DNA of 63,701 bases, filler included, from Folioceros fuciformis (GCA_049999805.1; 15 parts of 15 records of this genome joined end to end with filler, not necessarily neighbours in it), one strand, 5' to 3'; positions 24,985 through 37,836 are shown, counted from the whole stretch's first letter. The notes: generated by a model from the sequence alone, not told the origin. Numbers and translations are program-made.

Positions 24985-25510
24985 CACAAGGCATTGCGCA
25001 TGCTGCAAGCTGCAACTTCCAAGATTGATGTCATTATTCAATCGAGGAGAGGATCTGGAGGTACGTCGCCATTGGGTCGTATCCCCTGTCTACAGGGGAC
25101 TTGACACTGTGTTGCAGGAACGCAACTTGCTCGGCCAAGACATTGACAGACTCAAGAAATTGCATGGAAGCTGACTCTGCGCCCTTTTCCAAAAATCCTT
25201 GCGGGCTTGACGTCTGATGGCATCGAAATCGGTGTTCGGAAGCACACAGTTCGTGCCCTGCATCCCGCGGTCATGACACCACACACGCATAGTCCATTCG
25301 CGGACCCTGTATGTGCTCTCGACTTTCCGAAATTTCCTCTCCACAGATTTTGTTGCACACCATCCACACCTCACACCACCGGATTAAACGGCTGTGCACA
25401 CGTGCGATCGTGCCTAGCAGTCGGATCTGGCTTGTTGGGCAATAATATAAGTCCCGGACAGCCTACATATATCACCGCCATCTGCAGCGCTCAGCAATTC
25501 ACTCTTCCAT
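24985..25510 (+). promoter_or_regulatory. Promoter of germin paralog 1, conserved with the paralog 2 promoter; G-box-like CACGTG and TATA-like element
   Basis: Reverse complement aligns by eye with 27067-27610 (gcaacttccaagattgat; aacggctgtgc.cacgt; aatataag vs catataaag). Confidence 0.6.
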
Positions 25511-25621
25511 CTCCTCTGCAACTCACTTTCTATACCTGAATCGCAAGGATCTTCGTACCGTGGAGCCAACTCCGGATCCTCAGCCACGGCCCGCTGCGAG
25601 ACCTCGCTCCTGGACGCAACG

Positions 25622-26296
25622 ATGCAGCTGATTGTGATCTCGTCTGCTGTGCTCTTCTTCGTTGCTTGCGCGCCCAGCTTCACGGCAGCGTCGGATCCCG
25701 ATCCGCTGCAGGATTTCTGTGTGGCCAAGGACGTCCAGAGCCCCAACCCACACATCAATGGGTTCACCTGCAAGTCGGTGGAAGAGACCACGGCTGAGGA
25801 TTTCAAATATTCAGGCCTGGTGACGCCGGGTGACACCAGCAAGCACCCTCTTGGCTGCGTCATCACCAGCGGGTTTGTGAACGTCTTCCCCGGGCTCAAC
25901 ACTCTGGGCATTGCGTTGCAGAGGATCGACTTTGGCAAGGGGGGGCTGAACCCACCTCACCACCACGCACGAGCCACTGAAATCATCTACTTGGTTGAGG
26001 GTGAACTGGAGGTGGCGTTTGTGCCGTCTCAGAGCCACAAGCTGTACAAGACCGTGCTGAAGAAGGGAGAAGTGTTTGTGTTTCCTCGGGGATCCTTGAT
26101 TTTCATGAAAAATGTGGCGGACGGTCCGTCTTGGGTCATCTCGGCTCTGAACACGCAGTATTCTCCTGCGCAGAACTTTGTGAGCGCTCTCATGAGTTCC
26201 GACATCCCTTCGGATGTTTTGGGGCAGGCATTCGGAATCACTCCCAAGCAGACCCAGTACCTGCTGGATGCGCAGAAGCGCCTCTTCCATCTCTAG
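25622..26296 (+). CDS. Germin-like protein paralog 1 lacking the box-2 histidine
   Basis: Signal peptide, DPDPLQDFCVA, FPGLNTLG, PPHHHARATE, FVFPRGSLIFMKN. Confidence 0.93.
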   Translation: MQLIVISSAVLFFVACAPSFTAASDPDPLQDFCVAKDVQSPNPHINGFTCKSVEETTAEDFKYSGLVTPGDTSKHPLGCVITSGFVNVFPGLNTLGIALQRIDFGKGGLNPPHHHARATEIIYLVEGELEVAFVPSQSHKLYKTVLKKGEVFVFPRGSLIFMKNVADGPSWVISALNTQYSPAQNFVSALMSSDIPSDVLGQAFGITPKQTQYLLDAQKRLFHL

Positions 26297-26662
26297 CTTC
26301 TCTTGGCTTCTTTCAACCCCCAGTAGGCTGTACGTACGAATTACGGTCAACACCTTGATGTATGATGCCATATGTAGCAGAGATCGAATATGTGCCATGC
26401 CAGAGTCCATGACATCTGCTGGACACACTAGTCTATATCTAGAGATAGACGTGCTCGCAACTTGTGAGGCCTCCGTTTCACTATCCTTTCATGTGTGTGT
26501 TTTGATCTGCAATGTAGCTCAAAGTTGTCCTTGGATAGGTTTGCTGTCCTTGCATGCACCTGCTTCACGAAATATTCTGTGACGGTTCTTTTCACGACAG
26601 AGACAGACAGATAGCATAAGCCACTATACACAACAACTTGCGACAATTCCAACCATTCTAAG

Positions 26663-26880
26663 CAGCATCTTGATTACTCCACACCAGTCCTACCATATGC
26701 TCTGAGCACCAGCATCTGAATCACTCCAAACTATTTCCTACCATGCTAATTATAAGCAGCATCCGGATTGCTCCACAGGATTCCTACCATCTTCATCAGC
26801 ATCTCGATTACGACAAACCTTTCTTACCTTGCTCAGCAGCATCTGATTTCTAGTCCACAGATTCCCACCGTTCGCAACAG
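26663..26880. repeat. Degenerate minisatellite, 5 units of 40-47 bp
   Basis: cagcatc.gatt.ctcca...ttcctacc recurs at about 26663, 26710, 26757, 26797 and 26837. Confidence 0.75.
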
Positions 26881-27066
26881 CCGGCCAAGGATCAGAAACG
26901 CAGCGCTACTCATTTATTTGGCTTGGATGAACTACCTGTCGGCACGGGCTCTCTTGTCAATGGTGANNNNNNNNNNNNNNNNNNNNNNNNNNNNNNNNNN
27001 NNNNNNNNNNTTAATTAATTAANNNNNNNNNNNNNNNNNNNNNNNNNNNNNNNNNNNNNNNNNNNN

Positions 27067-27610
27067 TTTAAGTGAGCTGTAATGGAGATCGGAGTGGGCT
27101 GGAATGCTGAGTGGTACAGATGGTACTGATGAGTGGAGGCTGGCCTGGCTTTATATGATCGCCCAAAAGACTGAATCGCACTGCCAGGCATGATCTTACG
27201 TGGGCACAGCCGTTAATGCGGTGTTTTGAGGTCCAGATGGTCTGCAACCAGAATTTGTGGAGGGGAAATTTTGGGAAACTCGAGAGCACATAAAAGGGTG
27301 ACAAATAGACAATGGGCGCGCTTGATGGCATGCCGGGATGCAGGACGCAAACGCTGTGTGTCCGGACACAGACTTTGATGCGGGCTGACGTCTGGCCGAC
27401 AAGGATTTTTGGGGGCTGGTGCGTAGAAAGTTCCAAGTCAGCTTCCACGCAATTGCTGCGAACAAGCCAGTGCACAAAGCAAGTTGAGCTGGTAGAAACA
27501 AGTCAACTCCCTTGTACGTACGCACCCATGGCGCGCACGCTTCAGATCTCTTCTTGATTGCATAATCAGATCAATCTTGGAAGTTGCAGGTTTCGCGAAT
27601 GCCTTCCTGG
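27067..27610 (-). promoter_or_regulatory. Promoter of germin paralog 2 (gene at 37837-38502)
   Basis: First 47 nt are identical to the last 47 nt of fragment 36440-38634, placing it directly upstream of that gene; homologous to 24985-25510. Confidence 0.75.
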
Positions 27611-27704
27611 TTTAGGTGCTTGCAAATGGATACCCGAGGCTGAAGCTAAAGATAGCCTGGCTAGGCGCGGGGCCCGCCACCTCCATGGCTTATGGTGGCC
27701 TACA

Positions 27705-28725
27705 CATGTTAATGCCTGCCGCAGCCCGTGTGGTACCGCTGTGCCAGGCCTTACGGCGCCATTTCCTTTCGCCCAACGATGCGGCCTTACCGGTTCTCAT
27801 CCTCCGTCCCGTGAGTTGAACGCGGTCTTGCAGAGTGCGGGATCCGCGATGGTAAACCATGCGTGCATATCCATGCTTGGATCACGCGATAATAAACCAT
27901 GAGAGCGGAAGGAACGCTAATGAAACGCTAGCTTTGAGAGGGCGTTTATCTTTTGTCTCGCCGTTTCCTCTAGAAGAGTTGATTGCTTGTCTATCATACC
28001 TCGATGGAAAGCTTACAACAAGACGGACAAGCCGGTGTGAAGCACGCTCGGTTTCAATGAAAGGTTACAGAGATATGAGCAAAGGAAGCCTTTGAAAGGC
28101 ATGCCATCTATTTCTCTACCCGCTTTGTCCATATGAGTCAAATGCTTTCTTATCGTACTTCAATGGAAAGCTTACAACAAGACGGGACACGTTGGTGTGC
28201 AGCACGCCTGGTTTCGAGTGTGCCCATTTCGAATGGCTCTAAGAAGAGCACACCCACTCCAAATCTGCAACTGAAAAGTGTCCATGTTTAGGCAATTGCA
28301 CCACGAATGGTGTATCCGGAGGCCGCTCCTCAAAACTTTTGCACTCAGTACAATCCATGTACACTAAGCTCAATCAAAGCTGCCCTTGACAAGTAAGATC
28401 ATCGGCCTAATCTCAACCCCTTTGGTCAGTGTAAGCTGAAACTTTGAACATAGCAGACGTGAATTTGGGCAATCGCTTGAATGAACATTAGGGTTAATGG
28501 TGGTTGCCACGAAGCTAGGTATTGTAAGCGTAATTGGCGCATGTTTTACTATCGCGTGATGCCCGCACCACCGCCACACCGCGCGGAATAGCGGGTTCAG
28601 CTCACAAACGGAGGATGAGAATTGGTAAGGCCGCGTTGTTGGGCGAAACAGAATGGCTTTTAGCAGGCGCCGTAAGGCCTAGCACAACTGTACCGCACGG
28701 GCTATGGCAGGCGGCATGGTGAGCC
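27705..28725. repeat. Imperfect inverted repeat (arms about 27705-27865 and 28535-28725) enclosing a 50-bp direct repeat (about 28004 and 28163)
   Basis: aggccttacggcgcc, tttcgcccaac, gcggccttacc..ttctcatcctccgt occur in opposite orientation; atggaaagcttacaacaagacgg occurs twice inside. Confidence 0.75.
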
Positions 28726-28962
28726 ATGCCCCTCTCGTTCTCCTCTCTCCTATACCTATGGAGTTCTTCCCTGAATACATACGGCCATTCGTGTACCGAC
28801 TTCTCTCTCACGAAACCGGGTTTTAGTTTTGAGCGAAACCGAATCGTTTCGATGAGGCACTTCAACCAACCCTAAACCCGGTTCTAGACGGCTTGAACAC
28901 GTTTATGCCAAAAACTGAAAGTTGCTCCGCTGCTTGAAGGCAACTGCTGAAAGTGCAGTCTG

Positions 28963-30679
28963 ATGTCTGCAGAAATGCCCGCAAATTGCCCGTTTGTGGT
29001 GCACAATGTGCCCCCTGGTTTGTTTGATGTCACTGCTCTCGACTGGAAATGCAGCAAATACAAACACAGCTCTGCGCCAAGTGTGGAGAAGGAAATGCGG
29101 ACAGCTTTTATCCCGTGGATGCGTGTACCAGATTTCATTACAGGGATGGGAGAGCTGTCTCAAGCTCCCACAAGCTATTCTGTGGTGAGCAGTAAGAAGA
29201 ACACAATTGTTGTTGGGGGACCTCTATTTTCCAAGCACGATACAGCCTGCAAACTCACAAGGTTTGAGCCACTCAATCTTGGTGAGACACTTCAGCTGAT
29301 GCCTTGTGTCTCACAATGTTTGTTCTTCTGCAAGTTATGGTGTGCTTATGGACCTTCAAACTTATGTAATTCACAGTCACAAGTAATCTGTGCTCCACAA
29401 TCACCAAGCTTGGTTGCAAACAGGAGGTCGCGGATAATGAAGGGTGAGAGTACTAAGCATGGTTGTCAAGCTCATTTCATAGTGAAACAGCTGTTGCTAT
29501 GGCCGGAAGTTGGGCAACTAATATTGTATGAGGACAAGCATGTGGATGTCACAAGGCAACTGTGTCACGGTCCTCTTTACACTGGAATGGCTAGGGACGT
29601 ACGTGCTCCACATTTGTCTATAGACAAGCTTGCGTGGGTGCAACATTGTTTATTTTGCAATGTGTCCATAGATGAAATTCTACGAAGGCATCAAGCAATT
29701 GTCATGGCTAAGTGTTGCCCACCCACCTTTGCACCTTCAACCACCTATGTCAAGGTGAAGGATTACTTTCTAACACATAAAGACATTGCAAATGTAGCTG
29801 CAACCATAGAGAAGCATGTTTGGACATATGACACTGATGATAATATTAGTGTATATATGTGGGTGCAAGTGAATGCAAGGTTGGTGTTCTACAAGTCATT
29901 GGAGGGAGAACCTTTTTGCCTTGGCTTCCAAACACCGTTCATGTTGGATGCTTGTGTGAAGCACGGACATAATAGTTGCTTGGCTATGGACTCAACCTTC
30001 AGGGTCAACAAATATAGGTATCAAATGTTTAAAGTGGTTCCTTTTGATGACAATTTTAATGGTATACCAGTGGCTTGGGTACTTACCAAGGAAGCAACCA
30101 CAGAAGCTCTTGTGAGGTGGATGGATGCATTTCGAAAAAAACAATTGTGGAGAGGAAATCACATTGGAGACCTTCAGCATTTGTTGTTGATGACTGTGCT
30201 GCAGAGATAAAGGCTATTCATTTAGTATGGAATAGGGATGTGGTTGTGTTTTTGTGCCTTTGGCACGTTCGCCGTATTTGGCTTCGTAATCTTGTAAAGA
30301 AGGTTTGCAATTTTGAGGATAGGCAAGCTATTTGGATAGAATTGGGTCAACTTATGTATGTCGATCGTGCCAGATAAGTGGTTGAGATGGTTGGAGATGC
30401 CCAACGCTTGCTTGAAGCATTCTACACAAAATGGGGGAGCAAGCAAATTGCTTATGTAGCATACTTTCAGTCTCAGTAGGGTGGACAACTTGGTATGTTT
30501 TGTGCCATACTTCTTGTTTCTTTGGCTTTGGTACATCTTGAAATCGCCATTGAGCAAACAACCTTCTTTCATATATGTTCATTAAATCTGCAAGGCAACT
30601 TCCACATGCTGGTCAAGATTGCACATCTGCAGAGGAGGCATGGTATAGGTTTTTGAAGGAACGATTAGCTTCTTCAAAG
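28963..30679 (+). mobile_element. Mutator-like (MULE) DDE transposase, frameshifted and cut by a LINE
   Basis: AFIPWMRVPDFITG, KHGCQAHFIVKQL...DKHVD...CHGP, PFCLGFQT, LAMDSTFRVNKYRY, GIPVAW, then in another frame WRPSAFVVDDCAAEIKAI and FLCLWHVRRIWL. Confidence 0.85.
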
Positions 30680-33600
30680 TTTTTTTCGCGAAGAAAAGGA
30701 TTCTGATTATTTAATTGGAAGATGACTCCTGCTTACAATACAAAGGGGACTCCTTGCTAACGTATGTACATAGAGCGAGCACCATGAGAGAGGGGGGAGA
30801 TCGGCCTCGAGTCCAAAACTCAAGACAAGGCACTCAGAGAGCGCACCCCCTACACTACGGGATTCGCAAACTGCCGAAACCACACATACTTACACCTCAA
30901 ATTCTCCCAAAGACCCTAAGAGCTCACCTTCCCCAGGGGCACATATGATTCCAAAGCTCCTCTTTCTCATGAGCTAGGAAGCCCGCTGTCCTCCTATCTT
31001 TCCGCTTGAATTGTTTCCGCCGGGATTGCCTCAAAGCTTCTGCCGCAATCATCAAATGCTCCCTTACACACCATAACAAAGCTTTCGTTGAGACTGACTC
31101 TTGTCCTCCATAGACCACCGAGGACCAGTTAACCCAGAGATAGAAAAGGCAAGAAGACCACAGTAAGCCCCACCATTTTGTCTTAAGTAGAGGTTTGCCC
31201 GAGGCTACGTCCAACCCAAATAAGGCTGATTGTTTCTTGATCCTGAGATTAGCCCCAGGAAAAATCATTCGGAGCCACCTGCCCACCTCCCTCCAGATCT
31301 CTTGAGCAAAGTTGCAATGAAAGAACATGTGTTGACTCTTGTTCGGGGCGCCAACGGTGCACAGTCGACACATCTCCTCACCTGTTGCAGCTAATAGCCC
31401 ATCCCAACGATCCGCATTAGGCAAACAAGCTTGGAAAAAACACCAAACTGTAGTCCTAACCTTGAGGTGGATTCCTACAGACTTCCATAGAAGCTTGATG
31501 GCTTCCCTTTGTCGCCGTCCAGCTAACTACAGTCTGGGAGCCATTGGTTGTCGTTGCTTGATTTTCTACGCTCGCACCAACCAAAGGAGCAAGTCCGCCG
31601 TTGGGAAGTTGAAGAAAGATCAAAGGTTAGCCTTCTTGCACCCTGGACGCCTAGGCCACTTGTAGAGATCTGGTCTAAAGGTCAGTGCCCAATGTTCACC
31701 CAGTCGAAACCAGCATTGAACCTTTGATTTGTCTGAGGGTTGGAGCCCATTAGAGCATTCGCCTGGAGTGCACCATCGCCCTGCTCGAACGGACTTAAAG
31801 AGGGTAGTGATGGCCCACAATTCCCCTCTTCGGGCTTCCCCATTGTCCCTGCCCTGGTCTTCCAAAAAGCCGTCAGGCGACATGACCTTGAACGACCGCA
31901 ACTACTCTTTGCCATCCGTTCTCGAAAGCCAGACCGCCCTATCTAGTTCTAGGGCTTCCTCCTGTTCATCCTCCTCCTTTGAGTCGACTCCCCTACTGTC
32001 CATGGAGTATGCATACCACCCCTCATCGCTTGTGGTAGGTTGTTGCCTTAATACCTATTGCACCTCCTCCTCTAACCCCTCTTGCAACCACGAAAATATG
32101 AGTCTGACGTGCCGGGCCACTAAGCCAAACTCCCCCTTGACCTCCTCCACCTCCTTCCAATGGGAGTCTGATCGATTCCATAAATGACCAAGCTGAATAA
32201 CGCCTTTTCGACAAGCCAACCCAAAAATTTGTGACTGATATACCCTTGACCTGAACTCCTGAGCCCACAACCTCGAGAATTCTTGCAAAGGAATACCAAG
32301 AACATCATCCACAAGTGAAAGATTACCAGGGATAATATACTGCTCAACCTCCAAGTAACTGCTCCAGATGGACTTGAAGAGTGGGGAGCATTCTGCAGTA
32401 TCAAGTAACGGTTTGTCAGCAAGGATGTTGTCTATAGATCTTCTTCCCCTAGGGACAACTTGGGTGCAATCTAGATGCTATGTTAGAAGACTCTTCCAAG
32501 GGTAGTACGCCGGATCAGCTGCCCTGACAACCCATTGAGCATGCAAAACTTTCATCTTGGCAACCGGGTCCACCACCCCGAGACCTCCTAGACCTCGTGC
32601 CTGAATAATGTGTTGGCAAGCCACTTTAGAGCACCCAGCCATACTATCCCTCGAACGCTTCCACAGGAATGAGGTCAGCACCTGTTGTAACCGCTTCACC
32701 TCTGTCTTGGAGGGGGCCCACAAGAACAGATAATACCATAAAGAGGCTGTAAGGATATGATTAATCACCACCAGCATGCCTGCCATATTAAGCTCCAGCA
32801 ACTGTAGACTTGCCGCTTTGTGAATGAATTTGAGGCACACATATTTCCCAATCTCCCCATTCTCATCCCCCTCTTGGAAAGGAAGCCCCAAATACTTGTG
32901 GGTAGAACCTAGAGTCACTCACCTAATGTGATTAATACACTAAGGAGGCTCTCCTTCCATGTGTAAACACATCATGCGAGTCTTGCTCTAATTCACCTTG
33001 CAGCTCGATAGCTCCCCGAAGACCTTGATCTGTTGGAGCAGCGCTTTCAATGAGGCCTCCTCTGCCGAGGAAAAAAGGAGAGTATCATCTGTAAATGTAG
33101 AGACCCTTAGCTACGTTCCGTCTAGGTTCCGAATACCCACAACTGTCGGGTCTTGCTTGACTGCTCTGAGAAAGAAGTCAATTCAATAATAAATAAGAAT
33201 GGAGCTAGGGGGCAACCCTGACGTACCAACCGAGAGATGCCAAAGCGCTCCGTAAAAGACTCATTGACAGCCACCTTGGCTTCTACGTCTTCACACAAAA
33301 TGGCTATCCATCTGCAGAAATTATTCCCGAACCCGAAACTACGTAGGCATCTCCACAAGAAATGCCACTCAACGGAGTCATAAGCCATGTAGAAGTCAAG
33401 GGAAATGAAAATGGCGGCTTTCTTATGTACCTGAATGTTATACTTAGCTTCCCGCAGGAGTAAGAGGTTGTCTAGGATACACCTATTTTGAATGAGCCCT
33501 CGCTACTCTTTCTCAATCCAATCATCAAGAAAGGGTGTAATGCGGTTGGCCAGTACCTTAGCAATCACCTTGTATGTGGTAGTGAGGAAGGTGATCGGGT

Positions 33601-35760
33601 GCCAATTGGTGACTGACAAACTGGCGTCTTGCTTAGGGAGTAGGGAGATGGCCCCCATATTGAACCAGCTCCCCATGCTACCTTCCTCCCAAATCATACT
33701 AACCGCTTCCATGAATAAAGGCTGCATAAACTCCCACCCCTAGAGCAAGAACTCAAGAGGGATACCATCGTGCCCCGAGGATTTATCCCTCGGCATCCCC
33801 TTCAGGGCCTGGAACACCTCATCAGCAGTTATTGGCTTATCCAGTGCCCTGCGCTGGTCCTTGGACACTTTAGCCGAAAGTGTGCCCTAGGAAGAAGACC
33901 AAAGCTGTTCTCACCCTGCCACCTTCCCAACACTAGAGAAAATTCCAACAAAGAAGAGGGTAATGAGTGTTTTTAAACCTTCGAGCGATTCTTGCACCAC
34001 GCCTTGCGCATCTGGGAGGGCAGGGATTCGTGTCCTATGTCGGTTAGAGGCCACCTTATCGAAGAAGAATTTAGAGGGGTCGTCCCCTTCCCTCACCCAC
34101 TTAACCTTGGCCCGTTTAATTCAACCTCTGGCCCTGTCTTCTTCCAACTTGGCCAAGGCGCACTGCACCTCCGTTTTCCGGGCCTTTTCCGCGCTTGTGA
34201 AGTCTCGGTCCTCGCAATTCCTTTGTAACCAGCAAAGTTCCTCCCTCAAAAACCATTCTTGCTGGCGTTGCTCTCTTGCTCGTCGAACCCTTGCCTCCTC
34301 AAATACCTAGTCGCTTCATTGTTAGCACACATCAATTTGACCACCGCAGGTTCTGCCCCCTGTTCGACTCCCTGCTAGATGTTTTTTATATCATTTAAGA
34401 CACCTTTTTCCTTCATTAAGGATGTGTTCATCCAAAAATTTGCATATGCCTCCTTGGGCGCCCAGATTCAGAAGCAAGCCTCAAGTGTAAAATAATGGGG
34501 TGGTGGGCGGACAGGATCGTACCAGTGAGAATATTGTACGATTGTACGAAAGACAACCACCCTGAAGGTAAATAGAACCTGTCCAACCTGCACGCTCCCA
34601 AATTCTGTTGTTGGTTGGACCAACTAAACATCAAGGATTGTGGTTGGCGATGTGCTGGGAGGGCCACCCAAGGATCCTGCACAGCCAAGACCGTATCTCT
34701 TAGCTCATGCCAGGACATAGGCACCGCCCGGATATCTACTGGGCGATCCCCTCAAATGTCCTCATGTCGTTCAACAAAGTTGAAGTCACTAGCCAGCATC
34801 CACGGGATCTACTCATCGAGCTGATCTCCCAGCCTACACCAAAGGCTACTCCTGTCAATGGCGGCGTTAGGCGCATAAATATTGCAAATTCCGACTGGAC
34901 CTTGAGGTGTTTGCCGCACCAGCCACACAAACCTCCCATCCTCATCTTGCCCCGATTCCAAGATGTTGTGAGTTTGTTCTGGGTGAATTGTAATGGACAC
35001 ACCTCCGCGGGTCGCTAACACTCGTTGAGAAGAGTTCTCTCCTCCTCTTGCTTTCTCTGCTCTAGCTGCTGCCCATTCTAGTCTACCAGGAAGCTGGATG
35101 TGCTCCATAAACAGTTTATGCTCTTGCAAGCACACAATATCCCATGTGACTTCCTCTTCTAACAGATTCTTTAGTCTTCTACACTTTGACGCCGTCTTCG
35201 GCCATCCCCCCAAACCCCTAACATTCCAGGAAATGATCCGCAGGTGAGACCCCCTCTCGTGGTTTTTCAAAGTGTTGATACCCATTTATCGGGGCTTGCT
35301 TGAGAGATTCCGGACAACAGATGGCTTGGTCATTCTAGCCCCAGACATAGACTTGGGCCGCACCAGGGCTTGCTTGAGAGATTCCGGACAACAGATGGCT
35401 TGGGCATCCTAGCCCCAGACATAGACTTCGGCCGCACCAGGGCTTGCTTGAGAGATTCCGGACAACAGATGGCTTGGGCATCCTAGCCCCAGACATAGAC
35501 TTCGGCCGCACCAGCCGGTCCTTAGCGTTAAGCTCAAGAGACATTCTTTGAAGCCTTTTAGACTTGCGAATGGCGGGAGCAGTCCTCCTGTCCTGACCAC
35601 CTGAAAGCCCCTCAACATCACCCATTGCCATGTCTAGACTCCATATCCTGTCTTTTGCCCAAGGCACGTTTAAAGTCCACCTCCACTCTGGGATAAACGG
35701 CATAGTGGGACCATATACTTGTTTTAGCCGGATGTCAGCAAAAAGTTGACCAGCCTTCTA
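30680..35760 (-). mobile_element. Near full-length degenerate L1-clade LINE (APE endonuclease, RT, zinc-finger region, ORF1 tail)
   Basis: ORF2 start 35285 LRIISWNVRGLG, CLQEH, NIYAPN, RLDRFY, NWHPITFLTTTYKVIAKVLANR, AYDSVEW, RQGCPLAPFLF, FTDD, KYLGLP, GGLGV, HMFFHCNFA; many stops/frameshifts; short A tail at 30680-30686. 5' boundary approximate. Confidence 0.93.
35292..35513. repeat. Tandem triplication of a 74-bp unit at the LINE ORF1/ORF2 junction
   Basis: gggcttgcttgagagattccggacaacagatggc... starts at 35292, 35366 and 35440. Confidence 0.92.
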
Positions 35761-36534
35761 GTAGATACCATTGAAGAACTCCACCTCCTTACCCTCCTTA
35801 CTTTTAATTTTGGGATTGTTATAATCTAATCATTTAATTAAGAAGAAAAATATCTCTATATATACTCTTAACAATAAGACATTGAAGTTACATTATTATT
35901 GTTTGATAACCCTAAATATATTTATATATGAGTTTTAATAAACGGGTATGACTTTTAAGTTAGAGCTACACCATTTCATAAATAACACCTATATATATCA
36001 CTTAACGAAACTAGCCCCACTTCCGTCTGTTCTCATCTCTACTCTATGGGATCCCCAAGCTTCATGGCCACAGGGTGTGACCACATAATATTGGACGCTG
36101 CCGAACGTACGGTCTGCATCCTGGCCTGACAGGTATCGTTTCTTCGTGATGCTTGGGACCTGAATGCAGCAACGTGGAAGACACCACACACCTTCAAAGC
36201 TTGTTCCCGGTTTACCCTCTGCGAAATTCAAGCAAACTTGTGTCCGGTGGAGCTCTAATCCGCGCAGTGGAGACATCAAGTGGATCTGGAAACTCGGCTT
36301 GAAACTGAGTCACTCTCCCAAACTCTCGGCTTGAAACTGNNNNNNNNNNNNNNNNNNNNNNNNNNNNNNNNNNNNNNNNNNNNTTAATTAATTAANNNNN
36401 NNNNNNNNNNNNNNNNNNNNNNNNNNNNNNNNNNNNNNNTTTCTCGGCCCAGATATCTGCTCTCGGCCCCATAACTCTGCTACCCACAAAAATCCGTCAT
36501 GCAAGAAAGTGAAGAAGATACATCGTTCACCGCA

Positions 36535-37188
36535 CCGGTAAACCCTCTTCCTACTCCACTACAGCAGTCTCGATCAGATTTGCAGTCTGCTATGGATGTT
36601 TTTGATGAATGCAGTGAGCGCCTGACCCATGTGCGTGAACTCCTGCTTTCCCAGAATGCCATTCTGGCTCCCCAATGGAATCTGAACGGCCATGCTATTG
36701 TGCACGTTCTGAGGGGTCGTGCAAGGCTGGAAATCGCTGGCAACAATGGAGAGCGGCTTGCGAGCCAGGACATAGAGGAAGGTAATTCCTTCGTAGTCCC
36801 ACGACTCTACCCTCACGGCTTCCAGGCTGGAGACGAAGGCTTGGAATGGGTTGCCTTCCACACCACCGATCAGTAAGCTGTATGCCATCCCGGCGAAAGC
36901 AACCCATTCATTCCATTCATGTCTCCTGCTATGAGCAATGCTAACCGGCTATGTGATCCCTTTCATTCCATGTGCAGGCCTTTGGTGGATGCCCTTGCGG
37001 GCAGCACGTCTGTCTACCGGAATGTGCCGGAAGAGATATCAGCTGCGGCTTTCAATGTGGATGTCGAGCAGATCAGAGAGGTCAGGGAGCGCCGAGAGAG
37101 GGCAGCAGCACTTATCCTGCCAGGACGTGGCCGCGAGAGGCACAACTTCGACAGCTCCTTCATTTGCCTCCTCAGGAAGAGCAAGTGA
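36535..37188 (+). pseudogene. Second legumin-like copy, last two exons only (36655 onward); upstream homology lost at the exon 3/intron 3 boundary
   Basis: NAILAPQWNLNGH...FHTTD and PLVDALAGSTSVYRN...LRKSK* closely match the gene at 22043-23686; sequence before ccggtaa (36535) does not match exon 3. Confidence 0.7.
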
Positions 37189-37836
37189 ACCGAACATGCG
37201 CCATCGCTGCTAAATGATAGCATGTAACCAGTGGTTACCAACTACCAGGCTTCTTCAAATACAAATCTGGTCTATCACTAGTGAGGAATAAACTGTAGAC
37301 TGCCAGGCTAAGTTTAAGTTTGTGTTTGATCAATTCGGTGCATCTCCCACGAGCGGGGTCGTTGCGGCTTCCCGCTGAGCTACTGGAAGCTCGTAGGGAT
37401 CTGAAACGCTCGTCACCTAATGCAGAAGATGAGCATGGTAAGACGGTGACTGAGTCTGCAGGGATGTGAAGATGCTGTCATGAGGAGCAATCCACATGGA
37501 CCAAAGAGCCTCAACTTTCGCGTGGTTGGTGTTGCCCTCTTTCGTTGAGGGATGCACACGCGCTTCCAAATTGATCCGCTGGACGGTAGCGTATCATCTA
37601 GTACATGCATGCGAAGACAGCAAACAAAAAATAATAATTTTGATGTGATTACACACAGAGCAGAGCAAAACAGCAACCTTAGAAGTCGAGAAAACGTTAA
37701 ACGTTTATACCTAGACAGGTGTATCCAGCAGATCTCATCGATTTCAGCAATAAAGGCAGATCTGATATCCGAACTCGGTATCAACGTATTTGTTAATCCA
37801 GCCTAGTGGGTCGTAGAAACGAGCCAGGGAAGGAAG

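Noticed and set aside
26663-26880. Repeat-spacer-like pattern
   Set aside because: Whole units are homologous and degenerate; ordinary minisatellite.
35800-36020. Helitron end in AT-rich stretch
   Set aside because: TC-rich start only; no convincing hairpin plus CTRR terminus.
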